Shown: positions 14,698 to 25,006 of the stretch, piece after piece
Numbering within the stretch: position 1 is the first letter of the stretch
How the letters are laid out: every line of letters begins with the position of its first letter
Assembly: GCA_964016885.1 (NCBI GenBank)
Contig: OZ024744.1
Location: forward strand, 111,600,001 to 111,664,000
Direction of reading: 5' to 3'
Source: Eledone cirrhosa
Lineage: Eukaryota
DNA: 64,000 nt
Position numbers and translations under genes: made by a program
The notes under the pieces: generated by a model
Databases searched by the model: none
Told to the model about the DNA's origin: nothing
What the model saw: the letters and a program-made list of their open reading frames with translations, nothing else

Positions 14698-15437
14698 ATA
14701 ATAATAAAATTGAAGACTAAAATCCAAAGAGGGCTCGATAAGGAAAATATATATCAAATATATAAGAACCGTAGAGCAATATACGTATTTATTTACTTAT
14801 ATACGTTTATATAATTATTTATTTATTTGTACACAAGCATACACACACACACATATTTATATGTGCGTGGTTTTGTATACCTATGGTAAGGTTTTGCGTA
14901 TGCTTGTGTATGTACGTATCTGTTTGCGTGTATGTATTTATTTGTTTCTATTACTTCCGTATTGTACTTATTTACTTTGTTCTTAACTCTGTAGCGGAGA
15001 TTCATTTGGTCTCCTAGTTAGAATTTTAGTCTACGACTTCTACTATACCATTTACGTGGTTTTGTCTTTGCGTGCTTTTGTTCTCCACGCTCCACATATG
15101 ACTTATTATCTTCGTTTTTTCGTTCATTGCCAGAGAACGTCTCTATGCACCACCTAAGAGAACATTAGTCTACGACCTCTCGATACCATAAACGTGGTTC
15201 TGTCTTTGCGCGTAATTGTTTTTCACCGCTCCTATTAATGACGTATTATTCGTTTTTTCCCGTTCTTTGCCAGCGAACGTTACCACGAACAAGAGTATCG
15301 TCTTCCTGTCTTCCTCCGGTTGCAACGTTTTTTGAAATATCCAGTTCTGCGTTTACAGATTGACTTTGTTAGTTTCAGAAGATCCCGTTAAGGGTGAAAG
15401 CAGCGATTCTTTGCTTAAACTTTAATCTGTTATTTTA

Positions 15438-15445
<8 letters not shown>
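14695..15445 (+). mobile_element. PLE family A pLTR with short inverted 5' tip
   Basis: 14695-14780 is the inverted terminus. The remainder matches the family A 3' UTR, with the hammerhead at 15356-15429. Confidence 0.8.
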
Positions 15446-15497
<52 letters not shown>

Positions 15498-15499
15498 AT

Positions 15500-15687
15500 A
15501 ATTGTTTCTACTTTAGGCACAAGGCCAGCAATTACCCAGTGCATTACTGGTACTTTATTTTATCGACCCTGTAAGGATGAAAGGCAAAGTCAACCTCGGC
15601 GGGATTTGAACTCAGATCATAAAGGGACGTAACTATGCTGGAAAGCATGGCGTCCGACCCTCTACCGATACTGCCAATCCACCGCCC
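15500..15687 (-). mobile_element. Full-length tRNA-derived SINE (Nin-like core)
   Basis: A box TGGCAGTATCGG, B box GAGTTCAAATCC, core GCCTTTCATCCTTAC.GGGTCGATAAAATAAAGTACCAG and tail GTAGAAACAATT. Confidence 0.9.
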
Positions 15688-15694
15688 TCTATAT

Positions 15695-17309
15695 ATAGTA
15701 ATAATAATAAATTTGAAGACTAAAATCCAAAGAGGGCTCGATAAGGATAAATATATATCAAATATATAAGAACCGTAGAGCAAATATTTATTAAAATAAC
15801 AGATTAAAGTTTAAGCAAAGAATCGCTGCTTTCACCCTTAACGGAATCTTCTGAAACTAACAAAGTCAATCTGTGAATGCAGAAGTGAATATTTCAAAAA
15901 ACGTCGCAACCGGAGGATGACAGGAAGACGATACTTTGGTTCATGGAAATGTTCCCTGGCAAAGAATGGGGAAAAACGAATATAATACGTAATTAATTGG
16001 AGCGGCGAAAAACAATTACACGCAAAGACAAAACCACGTTTATGGTATAAAAGAAGTCGTAGACGTGCAACCCTGTAGCTAGTACTAACTGTAATTGTAG
16101 GAATCGGGTTGACTGCCCCCTATCTGGGAAATGCCTCTCTAGTTACATTGTCTACAAATGTAAGGTTAAAACACCCACGTCCCGTAGGGCCTACATAGGC
16201 TTAACCGCCAATAGATTCAAGCAGCGTCTCTACATGCATACCCATTCTTTTCGTAACCCTTTAAGAAGGAATATGACGTCACTTTCAGCTTATATCTGGA
16301 GTCTAAAAGACAACCACACCCAGTATAAGTAACACTGGGAGATCCTAGTTAGGGCTAAATCGTATAATGGAAATAAAAGACCATATGACCTCTGCGCCGC
16401 TGAGGCCCTGGAAATACTCTAGGCCAAAGACCACATCTTAAACAAAAATTCTGAGGCAATTTCGGCTTGTAAACATAAATTGCACAAAACCTTCCTGTAT
16501 TACAGCCCCACATTATACCCTAAAGGATAGTACGAACTATACGCGGATATTTTACGTCTTGATGTGGTAGCTAAGTATATGTTATGTTTATACCATTACT
16601 TATTTGTATAGGTAAGTATATATTACCTGTATGTTTTGTGAAGGTACGTATACTTTTTCGTACGTATATTTGATTGTATATGTTATGGCGTATATATTAT
16701 ATATTCTGGTACATATGCTTTTGGTTAAGTGTATATGTGAGTTTTGCGTCTGTGTGAGTATGCGTGTTCGTACGTATGTAGGGTGTGTGTATATGTGTAC
16801 TTTGTGTTTTGGTTGACGTATGTCTCCGAACATATGTGTATTTACATGTAGGTATATGTGTGCGCTTGTTATATACGTATATATTTATTTATATACATTT
16901 ATTTAATTATATGTATACACGCACACACACACACACATATATATTTTTTTATATATATATTTTTACGTGTATTTGGTGTATACATTCGTATGCTTGCGGG
17001 TACAGGCGTTGCGTGGGTTCTGTATGTGCGTGCGAGGTTTTTTTTCTTTCTGTACGTGCGTGTATTTGTATACCTATGGCGAGTGTTTTCGCGTATGCTT
17101 GTGTATGTACGTATATGGATGCGTGTATGTATTTATTTAATTTCAATTACCTGTATTTTATTTACTTTATTCTTAACACTGAAGCCGAGAATCATTCGGT
17201 TTCCTAGTTAGAATTTCAGTCTCTGTCTTCCTCCGGTTGCAACGTTTTTTGAAATATTCACTTCTGCTTTCACAGATTGACTTTGTTAGTTTCAGAAGAT
17301 CCCGTTAAG
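15695..17309 (+). mobile_element. 5'-truncated family A PLE (GIY-YIG + 3' UTR) with inverted 5' pLTR
   Basis: 15695-16063 inverted pLTR. 16064-16530 encodes the endonuclease (CNCRNRVDCPLSGKC..AYIGLT) with a premature stop. Ends mid-ribozyme. Confidence 0.88.
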
Positions 17310-17450
17310 AAATAGCCGTCGAAACGGCTTGAGCTCTGCCGTCGGGGTCATACTCTTTCCTTTTTCCTATTTCCCACTCTACTACCCTAAGTATTGAGTA
17401 CTCTGGTGCGTAATGGTCCATCTGGTTCCTTACCACAATTTCTTTGTTAT
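17308..17450 (+). mobile_element. Terminal fragment of another ribozyme-bearing element (3' half hammerhead)
   Basis: GAAA-CGGC ttgagctct GCCG-TC. Homologues at 36197-36337(+) and ~44950-45075(-). Ends in (TA)n. Confidence 0.65.
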
Positions 17451-17457
17451 ATACATA

Positions 17458-17567
<110 letters not shown>

Positions 17568-17730
17568 AATATAAATTAGCGAGAATCGAATTTCAGCTCA
17601 GGAATTAACGAAAAACACTTCCGAGTTGTGTGGCAAGCGCTTCATGAATTAGAGCTACAACATACGTTAAAGGCCAAACACACTGAGATGGAGGTTAAGC
17701 TAATCATCCGCACAGCCAAAAAAAAACGAT

Positions 17731-18830
17731 CTAGGCTCTGATCTTTCTTGTTTGTTGTTTCCTCTCGCTTTTATACCAAGTAGTTTCCTCACCGCAATTG
17801 CTGTTGCTTTGAGGATATTGTTGCACTGGTGAAGGTTCCTCGCCTCAAGGTATAGGATGACTTTGTTTACTTTAGCTGTTGTTTCTTTTAACTTTTTCCT
17901 GTCTACGAATCTTAGGTTCATAGGTTTCCCACTATCATTGTTCAATTCATCTACCACTAAGTTTAGGATATCAACCAAATCTTGTCCTAGCCCGTCAGCA
18001 TTCATCTCCTCAGTGGCCGTATCTCTGTTCCAGGTATTATTTATCTCAGCATTCAGATCATTTTCTGCTTCGGGTGGTTCCTCCGTTCTCTCGACCACTT
18101 CACCTTCATTTCCCACTGGCTCGTTTGCCTGGCATACTCCACTCTCCATTTCCAAGCTAATCTCTCTGCTCAGTTCCTCCAGTTCCAGCTCGCTTATCCA
18201 CCCATTAGTTCTTATTACCCGAGCCTGCCCAGCCAATTTTTGTTCATCTAATTTAAATAGACCAATCTCGTTCCAGATGTTATGCATCCGTTTCCTATAG
18301 CCTTTCTCCTTGGGTTACTCTTCAGGTAACATTGCATAACAGTTCTATTCAATTCTTTCGTCCAGTTGGTTCTGGTCCCTTTCCTTCTTCTTCTTCCTCC
18401 GATACCAGAAGTATTTGGTTGACAGCCAGGTCCCTTCTGCTGAGCCAGGGAGCACCTGTTGGGTGAGAGTCTGTCACATGACATTCTAGTCTCCATTTCA
18501 CCGTTATTCGAACTGTTTAGGTTCGACATTTGGCGAATGTATGGTTACATAACCACCGGTGATTTCATCACCTCCGGTGATTTCGTCACTCCCGGTGATT
18601 TTTGTGTGGCATTATCACGCTGTAGACGAATATAAATAAACAAACAAACAAACAGGCAAAAAAGAACCCAAAAATGAATAAGCATAAATTTCATTGTAAT
18701 GTAATGTTTGAATGTCTGACTTAGTTTTTCCCTTCCCTTCTCTGTCCGTCTGTTTGTTTTTCTCTTCATTTTTCTTTTCTTTACGTTTTTCGTTGTTGCT
18801 GCGCTGCTTTTATTTTTATTTATTTTTATT
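17731..18830 (-). mobile_element. 5' part of an R4/Dong-type non-LTR retrotransposon
   Basis: WTKELNRTVMQCYLKSNP..RKRMHNIW..EQKLAGQARVIRTNGWISELELEE, the typical R4-clade N-terminus. Frameshifted. Starts next to (TAA)n. Confidence 0.8.
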
Positions 18831-18869
18831 TTTTTTTAATTATTATTATTATTATTATTATTGTTATTA

Positions 18870-19093
18870 CACTTTGAGTCTCAGTCATTGATGTTAGTTA
18901 ACTGGAAAGTTTGTTGAAATGAATATCAAGCCACTACCTGCAGCCTCAGATATTCAGGACGTATCGGAGGGTTCTTGCTGTTCCCAGCAAGCATGCCTTT
19001 TGAAGCGTTCCAAAAAGCGTGAAGGGGCCAATTTTCTCTAACCATCCCTGGAAACTTTTTGAGATAGTCCCTAGTGCGCCTATGACAATCGGG

Positions 19094-19095
<2 letters not shown>
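18870..19095 (-). mobile_element. 3' end of an R4/Dong-type element in (TAA)n
   Basis: IPIVIGALG..LQKACLLGTARTLRYVLNI* plus a short UTR, with (TAA)n on both sides. Confidence 0.85.
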
Positions 19096-19149
<54 letters not shown>

Positions 19150-19241
19150 ATATATATACTTATTATTATTATTATTATCATTATTATTATTATTACTATA
19201 TATTATTATTATTATTACTATATATATATACTTACACATAC

Positions 19242-19397
19242 ACAGGAACTGCTGGCCAAATAATTTAAAGACATATGTAAAATCAAGTTGAAAACATATA
19301 TATATATACATATATAAATTTTTATATATGTATATATATACATGTTTTCAACTTGATTTTACATATGTCTTTAAATTATTTGGCCAGCAGTTCCTGT
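19242..19397. repeat. Near-perfect palindrome with TA-rich centre
   Basis: CAGGAACTGCTGGCCAAATAATTTAAAGACATATGTAAAATCAAGTTGAAAACAT followed by its reverse complement. Confidence 0.9.
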
Positions 19398-19398
19398 T

Positions 19399-19430
<32 letters not shown>

Positions 19431-19984
19431 TAAAAATCTATATATACACATGTACATATACACACATATACACACTCCCATATATATATACATTGAGTGA
19501 GTGTATATTTCGCAAAGTACTTGATATTTTTTATTGGGGAAGGTAAGAACAATCACTTGCATACTCTACTCTAAATAACACTATACTATACAGTATACTA
19601 TACATTCAGAATTATTTAGAAATTTAATTATAACATTCTGTATTACTGTATACTGCCAGTAATATGTACAGTATATATACATTATAATTAGTAAAAAAAT
19701 ACACATTTTCCCTGCAAAAATTAGATTGCAATCTTTTGTTTTCACTTATGTATTTTTTGAAAATGTTTTTCATTCATTATAAAAATTAAATGATAGCATT
19801 CTATATGTGGGTGGGCCCCCTTTATCTCCCGGCAACCAATATTTTTACACTCAATCCGCCACTGAATACATGCACATGTATATACTTATATATAGTTTTC
19901 TAATTTTATATATTCAGTACTCCAGTTGTGTCAAAGACATGGCACTCTTTCTAGTGTTGCTTCTCTCCATTCTGTCATTCTGTA

Positions 19985-20125
19985 AAGTGGGTGATGATAG
20001 GAAAAACACATCCAGCTGTAGAAATCATGCCAAATTGGAATGTATGTAAGCAAGATGTGGCTCCTAGCTCCGATTAAGTATTGATGTGGTTTTGACCTGT
20101 CCAAACCATGCAAGCATGGAAAAAC
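19985..20125 (+). mobile_element. Old V-domain SINE fragment with RTE-like tail
   Basis: AGGAAAAACACATCCAGCTGTAGAAA..GTCCAAACCATGCAAGCATGGAAAA. Related to 56925-57080(-). Confidence 0.55.
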
Positions 20126-20281
20126 ATTTTGTCAATAACGACGATTATGTCAAATACATCAAAATACTTGCCTGCGGCAGATCTTGGTAAAAAAAAAAAT
20201 GACATAATACATAATAGCGGTCTGATGAGGTTGTTTGACACCATTGGAATGTGTATAAGAGCATACTGCATAATTCTTCAT

Positions 20282-21335
20282 TCCGATGGTCAGGTGGTCC
20301 ATCTGCTGTCAACGGCCCCTGCGTGGAGGAGTGGGAATGCCGTGACTAATGATGCACAGACATGCTCTGAGGCTACGACATCTCTATCTCTTCCTTAATG
20401 GTGAATGGGTGTGGTCGCCGTTTACCAGATGCATGTTGACCTAGCTCATTTCCTTAACAGAGCTACAGTCCTGGGTCAAGTGGAGACCGAGGGAGAATGC
20501 TTGGAAACTGGAATGTCTCCAGGCGCTTACAGCCCTTCAACAATCAGGCAATATGGTCGGTGGAAACACCACCTTGGCGTTCTATAGAGGGTTAGTGGCA
20601 GATAAAAGTGACAACGTTCTTAGGGAAACTCTAGACATCGACGAAAATCAAATAGTCATTTTTTTTCAGAAGGCCTTTCGGTCCAAGGCCCATAGGCAAT
20701 TTCCAGAAATCTCTGTCATGGCAGTACTACCGAGGAGCTTTGCCAGTTCGAGATAAACTCTACAGATATGGAAGTGCTGTCCGAGATGCGCGCAGGGCAA
20801 CGAAATCGTCTTGCATGCAATCATTAAGTGTCCGAGCATTGCTGACTTGTGAGTTTATGTCGAACACCTGCTGTCACATGTAGGACAAATTTGGTTACCA
20901 ACTGAGTCCATTGTGAAGATTGTCTCCCCGCCTTTTTTAACAGTCAAGATTAACAGGGTGGCTTTATATGTCTTGTGGTCATGGTAAAAGAGGTTGTATG
21001 GTGGACACGCTTGAAAGGTTTGAAGGCAAGCACTTTCCTCTTTGGAGAAACCCTGATTAACTTCTTCAGGTCCCACTCGAGGAGGAAAATCTGGGTAGAG
21101 AGAGAAGTGCTGCCTTCAAAGCAATTTGTTGAAAGGTGGGTGAGAGAAGCGAGCATGGCTCGAGTGAATGGGCCCGCTCTGAGTGTAAGGAGATTGTAGG
21201 AGTACAACTGGGACACGGCACTTACCCTAAAGATCAGAGCATCTGTGGTTTTATGGGTTTTTTTTCACGAATGATCCTCGAAACTCTCGTCCCTATTGAG
21301 GAACCTTTTTTGTTTTAATTTTATTGTTATTTATT
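20282..21335 (+). mobile_element. 3' part of a Tx1/L1-type LINE (degenerate)
   Basis: RGALPVRDKL..CPRC..E...HA...CP Cys-rich C-terminus and KEVVWWTRLKGLK. Begins with the sequence at which the 22036-24705 copy ends. Confidence 0.75.
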
Positions 21336-21537
21336 TTTATCAGAAATAACCCTCTTCCTTCACCATCTAAAAAGAAAACAAAGGGTGAAAAAAACAAACA
21401 CCATCAACATCATCAACCCCCAACACCACCATCACCAACACCAACAAGCGAAACAGAAACAAACCCACAACAAACGCAAACAAAACAAAGCAACCAAAAC
21501 GATACACACTACACAGCATTAAATTTGAACAACAACC

Positions 21538-21722
21538 GGGCGGTAGATTGGCAGTATCGGTAGAGGGTCGGACGCCATGCTTTCCAGCATAGTTACGTCC
21601 CTTTACAATCTGAGTTCCAATCCCGCCGAGGTTGACTTTGCCTTTCATCCTTACGGGGTCGATAAAATAAAGTACCAGTAATGCACTGGGTAATTGCTGG
21701 CCTTGTGCCTAAAGTAGAAACA
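21538..21722 (+). mobile_element. Full-length SINE with 20-bp TSD
   Basis: TSD ATTAAATTTGAACAACAACC at 21518-21537 and 21723-21742. A/B boxes present. Confidence 0.93.
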
Positions 21723-22035
21723 ATTAAATTTGAACAACAACCAATTATTACACAAAATCCAACACAACACCAGCATCACAGAAAAAGACTATACAACACC
21801 CAAAAACACATCACCCACACACATACATATAAATCGTTTCACACAGAAAACATACACAACACTAAAGTTAAAATTCCCCAAGGACAGGAGATTTCCGGCA
21901 AATACTTTCCAGCAGGATATATAAAGACATCCTTCCTGAAGGGGCCACAAACAGTGAGAAGGACGGAAAAACCATCCTTCCTCCACAAGAACTGAGGTAA
22001 GTGGTCTTTCCCATCTTTTTCCACTTCTTTTCAAC

Positions 22036-24705
22036 ATGACCTTACTCAGAATAGGCAGCATAAATGCACGTGGCCTGGGGTCGTCATGGAAGCAGGGTCA
22101 CCTGCTCAACGACCTCAGGTCAATGAACATAGATGTGGTGGCCATCAGCGAGACCAGAATTTCCGAGGCATATGCCTTCGCACAGATCTTCGGCGGTTTC
22201 GATGTGTTCGCATCTCCAAGCCGGCCGGGATCGGGTGGCCTGGATCTCATGATACAGAAGGTAAGTCGGTGGTGCTGGACGTGACCTACAGTGAAGGCTA
22301 TGCTTTTAGGCCAGTGACCGTCTATGCTCCGACAGGAGCAGGACGGCCTGATTTCTTCCGGCGACTGGAGACCTTTCTAGGAACGTCCCGCTCTTTAATG
22401 TTAATGGGCGACTGGAACAGGATCTTGGATGCACGCTGGGACTGTGTGGGATTAGCAGATAGGGGAGGAGGGTGTAAAAGCCTAGCAAACCTGTTCAGAC
22501 GTTTTGAAATGTCTGACAGGTACCGACTGGATTTCCCGAATGTGCCATTGTGGACATAGACAAATCTCATCGGGTCATCCAGATCGTATCTAGAGATAGA
22601 GTATTTTGTAAGGAAATAGATAGTTCTAGCATAGGTTGTCCACAATTCAAAATAGTCGACTACACAGACCACAAATTGGTGACCTGTGTGGTTGACTTAG
22701 ATAGGCTTCATAGACAGGGACCCGGTACTGGAAGCTAAACGCGTTGTTGACAGCGCGCAAAGCCTACAGAGACCGGATTAGCGAACTAGTTATGCAGGCG
22801 TTGACGGGGGCAATCGTCAACAACAAATGGTGGTTCGCCCTGAAAAGTTAGGTTTAGTAATAGAGAAAAATAGAGCAGAGGGAGAACTAGTTAGCAAATT
22901 AGATGAGGCGCTTAGTAAAGTAAAGTGTGGCTTTTCAGCGGCACTTCGCTTAGCTATTCGGGGGTAGCGGTGGGTCGGATCGCAGGACTTAAGTGCCTAC
23001 CTCGACACTGCGGTGGCTCTCAGCCTCTGAGGTGGAGTGTTGCGAAAGACCGATAACAGCCGCCGAAATACGGGTAGCAATGACTGACTGCACGATGGGT
23101 AAATCGCCTGGTTTGGATGGTCTGCCCTACGAGTTTTACGTACATATGCCAGACTTGTTCGGCAGCCACTTGGTGGACGTCTACTGTAACTGGCAGCAGA
23201 ATGGGAGGATTCACAGCTCTTCGAGCTGAAGAGCGGCGACGCTGTTGAAAAAGGACCCGAATAAGGGGGACATGATAGATCATTTCAAGCTTATAACTCT
23301 GCTAAACGCAGAGTTCAAGACTTTGGCCAAGGTGCTAGCAAATGGGTTGGCGTTTGTCATCGGTGATCTGGTAGGAGAGGCGCAGACATGGGCCATTCTG
23401 GACAGATCCATCCACGACAATCTCCACCTCATGCGATACATCGTGGAGAGGGAAGGTAACGAACCTGGCACGGGAGGGGCCTTGATCAATTTAGATCAGT
23501 CGAAAGCTTTCGATGGGGTCGACGATCGTCATCTGGCGGCGGTGGGCTTTGGGCCCGTCTTCAGAGGCTGGATCGCTGCCATGCACAACGACATCTGCTC
23601 TGTGGTGAGAGTGAACGGTCACCTTTCGGAACCGTTCAATATGATGCGCTCGGTCCGCCAAGGATGTCCCCTCTCGTCCCTGTTGTACATATTGACTCTC
23701 GAGCCATTACTGCACAAACTGTAGACGTTGAGGGGCGTCCCGCATGAACTAGGATGCGGAAGAATCGTGTCAGCATATGCCGACTACGTCTCCGTAGTGG
23801 TGTCGAATGCCAAACACATCGAGGCGATCGGCACCACACTAAGAGAATACGAGGTGGTGACAGGAGTGTAGTGACCTACATTCCGCGGGCTCACATACAT
23901 TCTCTGTGCGTGATTTGGCTCAGCTCAGCCAATCAGCGCCAGTAGAAGAGAATGTATCTCTATGCACCCCGAGGGAAAAATTCCCGCGTTGAATTGAGAA
24001 ATCTATCTCTCGCATCCTGACTGTAAAAAGGTAAACAACTAACTTTTTTTCGTCGTGAAATCACTTGCCAACATGTAACACAACAACTTAACGATGGCCT
24101 GGCGACACTTCAGCCAGTGGACCGTGCCTTCTGAAATCCTTAATTCGTTTGTTTTATAACTCTTGGCATGCCTGCTCTACTCAACTCTATATAGCTCAAC
24201 CTTGTTAATAAATAATGTAAAACAAGACAAAGTCGTTGTCGATGTTCTTACCACATTTTTCTACAGAATTGGTCACTCGTGGCGCTATTAACAATAACAC
24301 ATCTTAACTGTTAAAGGAGCAATGATCAACCAAGAAAAATCAGTAGGCCTGCAGCTCAGCACCTGGAGAGGCAGGTCCATGCCGTCCAACAGCGTCGTCG
24401 GGCGCTGGATGAACGGACCGGTTAAATTGCTAGGGCTCTAGTTCGGTCAAGACCTCCAGACGGACAAAAACTCGGACGAGGTGACGAGCAGGGTGGCTTC
24501 TCTCACCCAGAAAAGGGCAGAGAGGAAGCTACCCCTGAAAGGTCGAGCGGAGGTGGCGAATGCGTACATCGCGTCCGTCATCTACTACCACCTGACCGTC
24601 GTCCATGTCCTAAGCCTCGCCTGACTGTGTGGGAGCGTGTGCTCTTTCACTTTTTGTGGAAGGGACGTGCTCCGATGATCAGGCGGTCCATCTGCTGTCA
24701 ACATC
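22036..24705 (+). pseudogene. Tx1/L1-type LINE ORF2 (APE endonuclease + RT), disrupted
   Basis: SINARGL, VVAISETR, TVYAP, MGDWN, YTDHKLV, WKLN, KSPGLDGLPYEFY, LDQSKAFD, VRQGCPLS, SAYAD. Contains stops, frameshifts and deletions. Confidence 0.9.
23867..24315 (+). mobile_element. LTR-like insertion interrupting the LINE RT
   Basis: TGTAG..CTACA (23867-24265) with CCAAT, TATATA and AATAAA, then TGG-starting PBS-like 24270-24279. GGAG is duplicated at 23863-23866 and 24316-24319, and the LINE frame (EVVTG|AMINQEKS) rejoins across the insertion. Confidence 0.7.
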
Positions 24706-24807
24706 CACTACGCCTGTAAGAAATTTGACACCACGTGTACCATCTAAATCTACATCGAATGCTGGGGAAACACTATCGATAATAATAATAATCGAAGAAA
24801 TAATAAT

Positions 24808-24994
24808 AATTGTTTCTACGATTGGTACAAGGCCAGCAATTACCTAGTGCATTACTGGTACTTTATTTTATCGACCCCGTAAGGATGAAAGGCAAAGTTA
24901 ACCTCGGCGGGATTTGAACTCAGAATGGCAAGGGCCGTAACTCTATACGTCAAATCATGGCGTCCGACCCTCTATGATACTGCCAATCCACCGC
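24808..24994 (-). mobile_element. Full-length SINE
   Basis: Same family as 21538-21722. Confidence 0.9.
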
Positions 24995-25006
24995 ATAATA
25001 ATAATC

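Noticed and set aside
18405-18485. Possible HDV-like ribozyme at the R4/Dong 5' end
   Set aside because: Only a simple hairpin is visible; the nested double pseudoknot could not be assigned.
21538-21630. tRNA gene
   Set aside because: The A/B boxes belong to the SINE head; there is no cloverleaf and it continues into the SINE core.
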